A stretch of DNA of 64,000 nucleotides from an uncultured Candidatus Saccharibacteria bacterium (GTDB lineage Bacteria; Patescibacteriota; Minisyncoccia; UBA6257; 2-01-FULL-56-20), in NCBI GenBank assembly GCA_964365185.1, contig CAYIOP010000001.1, positions 180,579 through 244,578 on the forward strand, in the 5' to 3' direction. Every line of letters begins with the position of its first letter. The stretch's first letter is position 1. The position numbers and the translations under genes were made by a program. Positions 39,044 to 48,264 of the stretch are shown piece by piece. The notes under the pieces were generated by a model. That model was not told the origin of the DNA. It searched no databases and saw nothing but the letters and a program-made list of their open reading frames with translations.

Positions 39044-40027
39044 ATGGATGTAAGTTGGATGTATGCCAAGCGAAGGGCGGCTCCCGAGGCGCCCAAAAAA
39101 TCTAAAACTTATCTTTATGTTTTGGTGGGCGTGATTTCCGTGTTTTTGGTCGGAGGAATAGGCGGGTATTTATTTTACGAATCAAAATCGCAAACAGCCC
39201 AAGAAATTGAAGACCCTAACAAAGAGTGCGAACGAATTTTAATGGCGGTTAAAAAAGATCAAACCAGCATCAGCATCTGCGTTAAAAGTGATGGCAGCTT
39301 GAGATTGCTCTGGGAAAAATTGCCAGTCGGAGCTAATAAAATTGATATTTATTTTAAGGATGATAACGGAGATCGAAAATTATGGACCACGGTTTTTGTA
39401 ACTTCGGAATCAGGATACCTAGATTTATCTAAAACCGACCAAGGCGGCGCGGGTTATGAATTTGAAATTTATGATGGTTCGGGAAAGATTTTAATGAAAA
39501 GCGAGGGGTCGAGTCCGGCCCCAAGCGCCAGTCCCCCACCCAATACCGGCTCTCCGCAAAATCCGCCGCCCTCAAATCAACCAAACGAAAATCCGCCGGC
39601 GCCGACTCCGCCAAACCAACCCCAGCCAAATCTGCCGCCAGATAGCGGAACTCCGCCTGCCAACCCAACGCCAACTTCTTCGCCTTCGACCGACACTTCA
39701 ACTCAAACATATTACACGCCAACCGGCGAGGTTTCGGGAACCAGCACTGTGCCCACGGAAAATTTTTGGGTTTTACATGTACACAACAAAATTGAAATCG
39801 GCTGGCAAAATATTCCTTCAAGCACCAACCAAATTATTATTTATCGCTCGAAAACCGAAACCGGCGGTTATCAAAAACTTTTAGAACAACAGAATCCCAA
39901 AACAACTTATGACTTTCTAAGAATTGACGACCATACGCTTCCCGAGGCCTATTACTACAAAATGGAAACCAAGATGAATTCGACGATTCTAGAAACCTAC
40001 GGACCGGAATTTCTTCCGAGTTTATAA
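39044..40027 (+). CDS. Membrane-anchored protein with Pro/Thr/Ser-rich linker (surface or secreted)
   Basis: N-terminal TM. A ~70-aa low-complexity P/N/T/S-rich tract is followed by a C-terminal globular domain. TATAAT lies 8 nt upstream (leaderless). Confidence 0.5.
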   Translation: MDVSWMYAKRRAAPEAPKKSKTYLYVLVGVISVFLVGGIGGYLFYESKSQTAQEIEDPNKECERILMAVKKDQTSISICVKSDGSLRLLWEKLPVGANKIDIYFKDDNGDRKLWTTVFVTSESGYLDLSKTDQGGAGYEFEIYDGSGKILMKSEGSSPAPSASPPPNTGSPQNPPPSNQPNENPPAPTPPNQPQPNLPPDSGTPPANPTPTSSPSTDTSTQTYYTPTGEVSGTSTVPTENFWVLHVHNKIEIGWQNIPSSTNQIIIYRSKTETGGYQKLLEQQNPKTTYDFLRIDDHTLPEAYYYKMETKMNSTILETYGPEFLPSL

Positions 40028-40117
40028 GTTTGGAGGATTTAAAATTTCATTCGCAATTTGTTGATTCGCCCGCCTGACTTCGAGTTTGACGAAGTCAAAG
40101 TCGGGCAGACATAAAAT

Positions 40118-40146
40118 TTGTAGATTAGCATCATAATTTGTATAAT
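40118..40146 (+). promoter_or_regulatory. Candidate recG promoter (extended -10, leaderless GTG start)
   Basis: TTGTAG-17 nt-TGtTATAAT. The GTG lies 8 nt downstream. Confidence 0.35.
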
Positions 40147-40153
40147 GTAGGCG

Positions 40154-42313
40154 GTGATCAGGACTCAAACTCCGCTTTCTAAATTAACTCACATTAGTCC
40201 TAAATTTTTAAAGGGATTAGAAAGGTTGGGACTTAAAACAGTTGCCGATTTAATCTGGCACTTTCCCAGCCGTTATGAAGATTTTTCTCAAATTTATAAA
40301 ATCTCGGATTTAGAGCCGGGCCAGCAAGCCACTATCCAAGGCCTCATTAAAAAAATAGATACCCGAAGAAGCTTTAGGCGGCGAATGACGATTGTGGAAG
40401 CGCTCATACAAGATGAAACCGGCTCAATCCGCGCGGTTTGGTTTAACCAGCCCTATCTTAAAAATACCCTTCATCCTCAGAGATTAATGAATTTCTCGGG
40501 AAAAGTATCGATTTCCGAAAATGATCTCTATTTATCTCATCCTGATTATGAACTTTCAAATAGTGCCCAGGGGCAAGATACGCGACACACCGGAAGATTA
40601 GTGCCGATTTATCCGGAGACCAAAGGGCTCACTTCGCGGGCTCTACGTTTTATCATTCAACCCGTGCTTCGAGATTTGGAAAAAATGCCGGAGTTTATGC
40701 CGGAGGAAATACTCAATCGGGAAAATTTTCCGGAGATAAATCAAGCCATTCAAAAAATTCATTTTCCGGAAACAACCGAAGAATCGGAAAAAAATAAAGA
40801 ACGTTTCTCTTTTCAAAATTTATTCTTGCTTCAACTTTTTAATTTGGAGCAAAAACTAAAATTAGCCGGCCAAAGAGCGCCATCAATTATCTCCCAGATT
40901 CCATATATCAAAGAAATTATAGAAACCCTGCCTTTTGAGCTTACGGACTCTCAAAAAAAATCTCTGTGGGAAATTATTCAGGATATGGAACGTTCCTCTC
41001 CAATGAACCGCCTGCTTCAGGGTGATGTGGGCTCGGGAAAAACCGTGGTGGCGGCGATCGCGGCGCTTACCGCGGCTAAAGCCGGTTTTCAGGCGGTTTT
41101 TTTGGCGCCGACCGAGGTTCTCGCTTCTCAGCATTTTAAGACGATGAAAAGCTTATTTAACGGAATCAAACAGAAAAATAAAAATGAGACGCTTCCAACT
41201 TTAGGAATTTTAACATCCTCTCAATCAAAAATTTTCTGGCCGGATCTGGAAAATGAAAGTGAATGGAAAAAAACAGAATTTCGGAAAAAAATTTCAACCG
41301 CTGAGATAAAAATTATCATTGGCACTCACGCCTTAATTCAAAAAATAGTCAAATTTAAAAATTTAGGACTCACGATTGTCGATGAACAGCACCGCTTTGG
41401 CGTCAGGCAAAGAGCTCTACTTGCTCACGGACAGACGCAAGCAATAAGGCAGGCGGTACCGCATTTTTTAAGCATGTCGGCCACTCCAATTCCGCGAACA
41501 CTGATGCTCACGGTTTTTGGGGACTTAGATTTGTCGATTATTGACGAATTACCGAGTGGCCGAAAAAATATCATCACCAAAGTGGTGGCACCAGAAAATC
41601 GTCTCAAGGCCTATGGCTTTATTCGCGAACAAGTTAGAAGAGGTCGGCAAGCGTTTGTTATTTGTCCACGCATTGAACCCTCGACTAACGACCAAAAACT
41701 AACTAGCCGCGAAAAGAAATTATGGGAGGTAAAGTCGGTTAAAGAAGAGTATGAAAAACTATCCAAGAAAATTTTTACTGAATTTAAAGTAGAAATGCTC
41801 CACGGACAAATTAAGTCTAAAGAAAAGGAGAAAATAATGAGCGATTTTAAAGACAACAAAATTCAGATTCTGGTTTCCACTTCCGTGGTTGAAGTTGGAG
41901 TAGACGTGCCGAACGCGGTTATCATGATGATTGAAGGCAGTGACCGATTTGGCCTCTCTCAACTCTACCAATTTCGCGGGCGAGTGGGGCGAGGCGAACA
42001 CCAATCATTTTGTTTTTTATTTACCGAATCACAGAGCAGAACCACTGAGGCGCGGCTAAACGCCTTAATTAAGGCCAAAAACGGCTTTGAGCTGGCGGAG
42101 TTGGATTTGAAATTCCGCGGCCCGGGAGAGTTTTTGGGGGCTGGCCAGAGCGGAATACCGGATATTGCCATGAGGGGACTGCAAGATATGAATTTGGTTA
42201 AAACCAGTCGTGAGGCGGCGCTAAAAATTATGGGGGCTTCCCAAGGACTTAAAAAATATCCCCTGCTTAAGGAGAAACTAGATGAGTTTGAAAGACGGTT
42301 GCATAAGGAGTGA
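40154..42313 (+). CDS. recG: ATP-dependent DNA helicase RecG
   Basis: Wedge domain, SF2 helicase motifs (GDVGSGKT, DEQHRFG) and RecG N-terminal pattern HFPSRYEDF. Confidence 0.9.
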   Translation: MIRTQTPLSKLTHISPKFLKGLERLGLKTVADLIWHFPSRYEDFSQIYKISDLEPGQQATIQGLIKKIDTRRSFRRRMTIVEALIQDETGSIRAVWFNQPYLKNTLHPQRLMNFSGKVSISENDLYLSHPDYELSNSAQGQDTRHTGRLVPIYPETKGLTSRALRFIIQPVLRDLEKMPEFMPEEILNRENFPEINQAIQKIHFPETTEESEKNKERFSFQNLFLLQLFNLEQKLKLAGQRAPSIISQIPYIKEIIETLPFELTDSQKKSLWEIIQDMERSSPMNRLLQGDVGSGKTVVAAIAALTAAKAGFQAVFLAPTEVLASQHFKTMKSLFNGIKQKNKNETLPTLGILTSSQSKIFWPDLENESEWKKTEFRKKISTAEIKIIIGTHALIQKIVKFKNLGLTIVDEQHRFGVRQRALLAHGQTQAIRQAVPHFLSMSATPIPRTLMLTVFGDLDLSIIDELPSGRKNIITKVVAPENRLKAYGFIREQVRRGRQAFVICPRIEPSTNDQKLTSREKKLWEVKSVKEEYEKLSKKIFTEFKVEMLHGQIKSKEKEKIMSDFKDNKIQILVSTSVVEVGVDVPNAVIMMIEGSDRFGLSQLYQFRGRVGRGEHQSFCFLFTESQSRTTEARLNALIKAKNGFELAELDLKFRGPGEFLGAGQSGIPDIAMRGLQDMNLVKTSREAALKIMGASQGLKKYPLLKEKLDEFERRLHKE

Positions 42314-42339
42314 AAGATTAAATTATAGGTGTTAGGTTT

Positions 42340-42373
42340 TTCCTCCGGAAGAGGATCCTCCTTTGGCGGAAGG
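42340..42373 (+). repeat. Dispersed triple-palindrome repeat, copy D
   Basis: TTCCTCCGGAAGAGGATCCTCCTTTGGCGGAAGG. Confidence 0.7.
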
Positions 42374-42432
42374 TGAGAGGTGATAGAAGAGAGAAGATAG
42401 AATATTGAGATACTAATGAAATTAAAAAAATA

Positions 42433-43911
42433 TTACCATTTAGCTAGACACAAAAACCTAATACCCGCCGACCCACTAGCGCCGCAACCAACGTTACCTC
42501 CTGCTGAATTAAGACCGTATAAACAAATCGCAGTAACTCCGATAGCATTAGTACAAGATGTTGCACCACTCGATGGGGCGTTCGCTACAACAGAATAAAG
42601 ATAAAGTCCACCGCTTAAACCACTAGAACTTCTAAGTAGCGTCGCGGAGACACCGGATGCGGGAGCGATATCTAATTTTGCTCCTGGCGAGGCGACTCCA
42701 ACTCCCACGTTTGTTCCATCATCATAAATAACACTGTTTGTTAAAGTGGCTCCGCCTGCAGCCCATTTCGATATATAATTTTGTGAGCCGCTGCCGGGAT
42801 TGGCGGCGGTGGTTTGGCGAGTGCCGTCTGGGAAAACAATAGCCGTACCGGATTGTGATAACCTAATATCATTTTGATGAGTGGACGTTGCGGTAAATCT
42901 AGAAGTGCCGGAAACATCAAGTTTATAAGTCGGATTACTTTGGCCAATGCCGACATTGCCTTTGACTGCGGCGAGGGTAGTGGTGGCAGAAGTGTAGAAA
43001 GTGACATCAGGTAATCCGGCGCTACCGACTGAAAGAGAGCCGGTGAAAAAAGAATTTAAACCGACCTCAAATGACGCTAACTGGGATGGATTTAGCACTC
43101 CAATTCCTATTGCTCCGTTATTTTTGAGAATCAAGTTATATTTGCTTGGTATAGCACCGTTATTAAAAATTAGATCGCCGTTCGCCATTTTAACTGAAAA
43201 TTGAGAAGTTCCGGTTGAGCTTTTAAAATCAATTAAATCAAATCCGGTTGCTCCTCCTTGAAGAATAGTAAGAGGATGGGTTAATGGAGTAGAAGTAGCG
43301 TTGACGCCTAATTTACCTGGAAAATAATAGTTGCCGTTGCCAGTTAAAGAACCAAAAGTACCAGCGGAAACATTGCCGGCATTAATAGTAATGGAAGCGC
43401 CATTCGCAACAATAGTGCCAGAGGCATAGATGTTTTGGGCTCGAATGGTATTAGCTAAAAGACGGCCGCGAACATAAATTCGGGGGGTGTCTTGATCGAT
43501 TCCAGAATCATAAAAACCTGTTAAATCCGTCACATCATCTGGATGAAGAAGACTGCCAATACTGATACCTACGCGATCACCGAATGGAGGAGTAGCAGTA
43601 CTATTACGGATAGCAACAAAAGTATTATAAGAAGTTGGTAAACTTGCGCCAAAACGACCATCAGTGATTTTAAAAAGATAATTCTCGCCACCAAAAAGAG
43701 GAGTAGTAATAGTAAATTTGGTATCAGAAGGAACGGTTGAAGAACCGATAATTAAATTACTGCCGTTGGTATTTAAGATACCACTTCCGCCGGGCGGAGG
43801 ATCTGTTGGCCCGACAAAGGCCCGCGCTACCCAAATCCCGAGCGGCATTACCAAAACAACCACGAAAACAGTAATAAAGATTTTGATAAGGTTGATATTT
43901 TTAGCTTTCAT
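42433..43911 (-). CDS. Secreted Gly/Ser/Thr/Asn-rich repeat protein (predicted beta-rich surface protein)
   Basis: N-terminal hydrophobic anchor, 492 aa, compositionally biased (G, S, T, N, A). It is the last gene of a 5-gene minus-strand cluster. Confidence 0.45.
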   Translation of the reverse strand: MKAKNINLIKIFITVFVVVLVMPLGIWVARAFVGPTDPPPGGSGILNTNGSNLIIGSSTVPSDTKFTITTPLFGGENYLFKITDGRFGASLPTSYNTFVAIRNSTATPPFGDRVGISIGSLLHPDDVTDLTGFYDSGIDQDTPRIYVRGRLLANTIRAQNIYASGTIVANGASITINAGNVSAGTFGSLTGNGNYYFPGKLGVNATSTPLTHPLTILQGGATGFDLIDFKSSTGTSQFSVKMANGDLIFNNGAIPSKYNLILKNNGAIGIGVLNPSQLASFEVGLNSFFTGSLSVGSAGLPDVTFYTSATTTLAAVKGNVGIGQSNPTYKLDVSGTSRFTATSTHQNDIRLSQSGTAIVFPDGTRQTTAANPGSGSQNYISKWAAGGATLTNSVIYDDGTNVGVGVASPGAKLDIAPASGVSATLLRSSSGLSGGLYLYSVVANAPSSGATSCTNAIGVTAICLYGLNSAGGNVGCGASGSAGIRFLCLAKW

Positions 43912-43918
43912 TTTTTTG

Positions 43919-44365
43919 TTAATTAGGATTTTGGTTTTGGGCGCCGGAGCCAGAAAGGTCTGGAATTTGATTTAGAGATTCAAGAGTGGGGTTTTTAAGC
44001 TGGTCATCGATTAATCTGGCCACTTGACTGTCCCCTTTTAGCTTGGTCCAAAAAATTATTTCTTTGGAATTTAAACGAATTTCGTTTTTTGGGCCCCAAA
44101 AAATATCCTGGAAGGTCTGCAAACTGAATTCAAAATTGCTGCCGGTCTCGTTTCTTTGGATAAAGAAAACATTTTTTAGTTTGGGGTATGGAAACCAGCT
44201 TAGCTTGCCAAAATAAACTTCGCCGTTTGAGAGGTAAACTGCGGAATAGGGCGAGTCCTTGACGCCAGAGCTTCCTTGATTGGTTTTGGTAATAAGCCAG
44301 ATAATTGCGCCTAAAAGCACGGCTAAAATAACGATTAAGATAGTGATGATAATTTTGGTCTTCAT
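43919..44365 (-). CDS. Hypothetical membrane-anchored protein
   Basis: N-terminal TM helix. 8-nt gap to the neighbouring genes. Confidence 0.4.
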   Translation of the reverse strand: MKTKIIITILIVILAVLLGAIIWLITKTNQGSSGVKDSPYSAVYLSNGEVYFGKLSWFPYPKLKNVFFIQRNETGSNFEFSLQTFQDIFWGPKNEIRLNSKEIIFWTKLKGDSQVARLIDDQLKNPTLESLNQIPDLSGSGAQNQNPN

Positions 44366-44373
44366 TTAAATTT

Positions 44374-44913
44374 TTATTTGATAACTAAATATCCAACTGG
44401 GCCTTTATCTGGCCCACCGCAGGAGGGACAGAAAAATTTAAACTTACCAGAGGCGGAGGCCTGAAGAGAAATTAATCCCGAGCCGCCTTTTTTAATGGAT
44501 TTAGAAAAACCGAAATCCGGCTGGGAAATATCGTAATTTTTGTCAATAGCCGAAAATTGTAGATTAAGAACGTCGCCGGAGTTTACAATCACTGTGTCGG
44601 GAATAAATTTATTTTTATCAATCTTGATTTCAAATATTCTTAATTTAGAATCAGAGCCGGGCGCGGCGGGAACGACATTTTCCGGTCGAGCAACATTAGC
44701 CGGAAGGTTTTTTGAATCTTGGTTAGGGACAATAATATTATTAACAGAGGCATCTAAGGGAATGCGGGTGGTACTAGGCGGTGTTTCGTTTTGAGAGTTA
44801 TTAGCTGATTTCGAATCTGAATTCCCTACTCCTGATTTATTAGAAAATCCATAAATTATCATGCCGACCCCAAGCACAACTACCGCGGAGATAATGATAG
44901 TATTTTTATTCAT
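44374..44913 (-). CDS. Membrane-anchored beta-rich protein with C-terminal FCPSCGG motif (possible metal-binding, cupredoxin-like)
   Basis: N-terminal TM helix. The C-terminal ...KFKFFCPSCGGPDKGPVGYLVIK pattern is reminiscent of cupredoxin/CuA-type C-termini but lacks His and Met. Confidence 0.35.
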   Translation of the reverse strand: MNKNTIIISAVVVLGVGMIIYGFSNKSGVGNSDSKSANNSQNETPPSTTRIPLDASVNNIIVPNQDSKNLPANVARPENVVPAAPGSDSKLRIFEIKIDKNKFIPDTVIVNSGDVLNLQFSAIDKNYDISQPDFGFSKSIKKGGSGLISLQASASGKFKFFCPSCGGPDKGPVGYLVIK

Positions 44914-44921
44914 GGAAATTA

Positions 44922-45989
44922 CTAATAAGGAGCTGAAGTGGTAGCCATTAAATTATACCACGTAAAGATGCCGCCCACCTTAACACAGATTTGAAAAAGG
45001 TCATCTCCTCCTGATTTTTCAAACCAAATACTACCGCGGGTGCTATCGTCGCAAGTGTCTTTTGCGAAGCCGCCAGCAGGAATCAAGCGCATGCCACCCA
45101 CAATAGTCAATTCTTGGTCAGTCGAAGTGGCGGTGGTGGTGCCGATGCCTAACCGAACCAATCCTCCTCCGCCAGCTACCACATAAACCGGACTGGTTAA
45201 ACGAGAAGGAGCACTCAGAACGTCAAAGCCATATGAAGAGTCGGGCGCGGCGCCAATGCCAACATTACTATTACCAAAATAAATAACTCCATTAACTGAC
45301 CCCCATTTTCTACCGGGTACGCCAAGTTGAAGAGCTGAAGGATTAGCGGTGGAGCTAGGAACGATATCAGAATCAAAAGTAGCGGCGTTAATTCTGGCAA
45401 CACCAGTTTGAATAAGTTGAGAAAATCTTTTTTGGATGTTGGTAGCATTGTAGTGAATACCGATCGTAACATCGACAGAATCTAAAGCATCGGGATAAAT
45501 TCTTTTCACAAACTCCAATCTATCAATCACCACGCGATCTGAAGTTAGGGCTTGAGGAATGCCGTTCTCTCCTTCTTTTAAATAGGCCTTGCCTTGGTCT
45601 AGGTAGATGTAGTTTTTGGCCACGGGCAAAAACTGTTCGGGCGGACCAGCAATGTAGTCAGTGCTTGAAGTCACTCGAAAAGTAAGAGTGCTAGTGGGAA
45701 CAGCCACTAGCCGGCCACCAACATCAGTTACTTCATTTTCGGTTTCGATTAAACTTGATTCTTCAACAAAACGCTGAATGACATTTAATAAAAATTGGCT
45801 CTGCCGATTAACTTCGGCTCTGGATGACTCTCTATTTTGAACTTGAAGAACTGTTAGAAGAATGGAAACAAAAGCAATGGAAATAACGCTAAAGATAGCG
45901 ATAAAAACTAGAATCTCGATAAGAGTCAGGCCTTGCTTTTTTCGCGTGAGATAAATAAATTTTTTAAGCAGGTTTATCATTAATTTCAT
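44922..45989 (-). CDS. Type IV pilin/pseudopilin-like protein (prepilin-type N-terminal cleavage/methylation motif)
   Basis: KKQG|LTLIEILVFIAIFSVI has Gly(-1), Glu(+5) and a hydrophobic helix. 355 aa. Confidence 0.6.
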   Translation of the reverse strand: MKLMINLLKKFIYLTRKKQGLTLIEILVFIAIFSVISIAFVSILLTVLQVQNRESSRAEVNRQSQFLLNVIQRFVEESSLIETENEVTDVGGRLVAVPTSTLTFRVTSSTDYIAGPPEQFLPVAKNYIYLDQGKAYLKEGENGIPQALTSDRVVIDRLEFVKRIYPDALDSVDVTIGIHYNATNIQKRFSQLIQTGVARINAATFDSDIVPSSTANPSALQLGVPGRKWGSVNGVIYFGNSNVGIGAAPDSSYGFDVLSAPSRLTSPVYVVAGGGGLVRLGIGTTTATSTDQELTIVGGMRLIPAGGFAKDTCDDSTRGSIWFEKSGGDDLFQICVKVGGIFTWYNLMATTSAPY

Positions 45990-46014
45990 TAATCATCTTG
46001 CTTGCTAGAATTTT

Positions 46015-46422
46015 TTACAATAAACCAAACCAACTAAAAAGATTAAAAATATTAATATCAGTTTCAACAGTTAGAGCCACTAAAGCCGCGCCCAAAATTA
46101 GAAGATCAAATTCAAAACCATTGACTAGAGGTTTTTTGGTCGCGATTTTCCAGATATTTATTATTAAAAATTGAATAATAAGTAGGATGGAAATCGGCTG
46201 AACTAAAATTCCAACAATTAAAAGCAGACCGCCCACAAATTCGACAATCGCCACAACAGGCGCCCAAAAATTCCCGGGTTTAAAACCAACGCTCGATAAC
46301 CATTCGGCGGTGCTTTTTAGATTTTTTAATTTCGGCCAACCGTGAGCAACTAAAATCACGCCCAAGATAATTCTTAAAAAGAAGATGGCCCAATTGCTAA
46401 ATATCCAAAAGAAAGGAAACAT
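46015..46422 (-). CDS. DoxX-family membrane protein
   Basis: Four-TM small membrane protein with a DoxX-like pattern (LRIILGVILVAHGWPKL...). Confidence 0.6.
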   Translation of the reverse strand: MFPFFWIFSNWAIFFLRIILGVILVAHGWPKLKNLKSTAEWLSSVGFKPGNFWAPVVAIVEFVGGLLLIVGILVQPISILLIIQFLIINIWKIATKKPLVNGFEFDLLILGAALVALTVETDINIFNLFSWFGLL

Positions 46423-46506
46423 TAATATTTATTATAACATATTCAAAATAGCAAGATATAATTAACTTGATAACTTATGGCTTATAATTTATAAATTAAA
46501 GGTAAT

Positions 46507-46578
46507 GGCCCTATCGTCTAATGGTTAGGACATCGGCTTTTCAAGCCGGTAACCGGGGTTCGACTCCCCGTAGGGCTG
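46507..46578 (+). tRNA. tRNA-Glu (anticodon UUC)
   Basis: GGCCCTA acceptor with G1-U72, anticodon loop TT-TTC-AA, T-arm GGTTCGACTCC. Confidence 0.75.
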
Positions 46579-46596
46579 CGAATTAAATTTTTAAGA

Positions 46597-47784
46597 ATGG
46601 AAATCCTGGCCATCGAGACGAGTTGCGATGAAACAGCCTTGGCTTTAGTTCAGGCCGAAGGCGGCATTGCAAATCCGCGTTTTGAGGTTTTGAAAAGCGT
46701 GGTGGCTTCGCAGATTGCCGTACACCGGCCATTTGGGGGAGTTGTGCCTAACCTAGCTAAAAGAGAACACCTTAAAAATTTGCCAATATTGTTCGAGCAA
46801 ATTTTTAAAAATTATCAATTACCAATTTCCGATTTTTCAAAGAAATCTCAAAAAGATAAAAAGATGCGTGCTGTAGGATACGGGTTACAGGATGTAGATT
46901 TGATTGCGGTTACAGTGGGACCAGGGCTTGAGCCGGCGCTTTGGACGGGAATTAATTTTGCCAAAGAAATTGGCAAAGTTGGCAAATCGCCCTCCTTCGC
47001 CAAGGCTGCGGCGGGCAAGCAAATGGTAAATCGCAAAATTGTTGGAGCTAACCATCTGGAGGGCCACCTATATTCCTTTCTTTTGCCGAATCGATCTATA
47101 ACCTATAACCTAAAACCTAAAACCTTATTTCCGGCTGTTGCTTTGATTGTGAGTGGTGGACATACGGTTTTGTTGAAAATGGATAGTTTAGTGAAATGGG
47201 AAAAAATCGGAGAAACAAGAGATGACGCAGTGGGCGAGGCATTTGATAAGGTAGCGCGGCTTTTAGGACTCCCCTATCCGGGCGGACCGGAGATTGAAAA
47301 AATTGCCCAAAAAGGAAGCTCGACGTCTATAAATTTTCCAAGACCGATGATTTATGAGAAAAATTTTGATTTCAGTTTTTCGGGCCTGAAGACGGCGGTG
47401 CTTTATCACTTGCGTGATTTAGGATATAGCCATCAGCCACTAGCCACTGGGGTAAAAAAATTACTAAACCCTATACCCAAAACCCTAGTGGCTAATATAG
47501 CGGCGTCTTTTCAGGCGGCGGCAATTGAAGTTTTGGTTAAAAAAACAATGCGGGCGGCGCAAGAATTTGGCGCTAGGTCGGTTTTGCTCTCCGGTGGAGT
47601 GGCGGCCAACGCTTTTTTGCGAAATAGTTTAAAAAAATCGGCGAGTAAGGCCGGAGTTCAATTTTTAGTGGCGGATAAAAAATATAATACTGACAATGCG
47701 GTGATGATCGCGGCCGCCGGGTATATGACGTATTTACGCAAGAAAAAATACCCGTTTAAAGCAAACGGCAACCTTGAAATTTAA
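46597..47784 (+). CDS. tsaD: tRNA N6-adenosine threonylcarbamoyltransferase TsaD (Kae1/Gcp family)
   Basis: N-terminal ILAIETSCDETALAL and an ASKHA-fold sequence. Confidence 0.9.
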   Translation: MEILAIETSCDETALALVQAEGGIANPRFEVLKSVVASQIAVHRPFGGVVPNLAKREHLKNLPILFEQIFKNYQLPISDFSKKSQKDKKMRAVGYGLQDVDLIAVTVGPGLEPALWTGINFAKEIGKVGKSPSFAKAAAGKQMVNRKIVGANHLEGHLYSFLLPNRSITYNLKPKTLFPAVALIVSGGHTVLLKMDSLVKWEKIGETRDDAVGEAFDKVARLLGLPYPGGPEIEKIAQKGSSTSINFPRPMIYEKNFDFSFSGLKTAVLYHLRDLGYSHQPLATGVKKLLNPIPKTLVANIAASFQAAAIEVLVKKTMRAAQEFGARSVLLSGGVAANAFLRNSLKKSASKAGVQFLVADKKYNTDNAVMIAAAGYMTYLRKKKYPFKANGNLEI

Positions 47785-48264
47785 TCATTCCACTATAGAA
47801 GAATATTCATTTATAATGGAATAGAAAAAAGGTATGCTTTGGGCGAATGGGAATCTTTCTATTTAGAATTAAGAATTAGGAATAATGAATTAGGAGATAA
47901 TCTTATTGAAATTTCTGACTGGATTTTGTAGAATAATTTTGAAATCTTTCACTAGATTTCTCTGACTCCGTAGTGAGCGAAGTGCTACTTGCCTCTGTTC
48001 ATCTTACCCAGTTCCAAGTAGGTGTCTTACCAAATAATCCACCACTTTGCCATGACCTACGGGGTCTTTTTTTATTTCGATTAAATAGGTTGATTTTTAA
48101 AGATTGTTTCCTATAATGATTATGCTCCTTCTATGACAATAGTGGGAGTAAATTGTTTCTAGCACCCGGTGGGATGAAGTACAGATAGTCAACACTTCAT
48201 AACACCGGTGCTTTTTTATTTGATTGATTGGAAAACTTAAGAAAATTAAGTAAAATCATTAGAT

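Noticed and set aside
40067-40110. Hairpin TGACTTCG-agtttga-CGAAGTCA after the Pro-rich protein gene as a terminator
   Set aside because: Good 8-bp stem but no downstream U-run. It may be a weak or Rho-dependent stop. Not called as a feature.
47785-48264. T-box riboswitch upstream of valS
   Set aside because: Terminator-like hairpins are present, but the conserved T-box sequence (AATTAGGGTGGTACCGCG) and a clear specifier loop or antiterminator are not recognisable.
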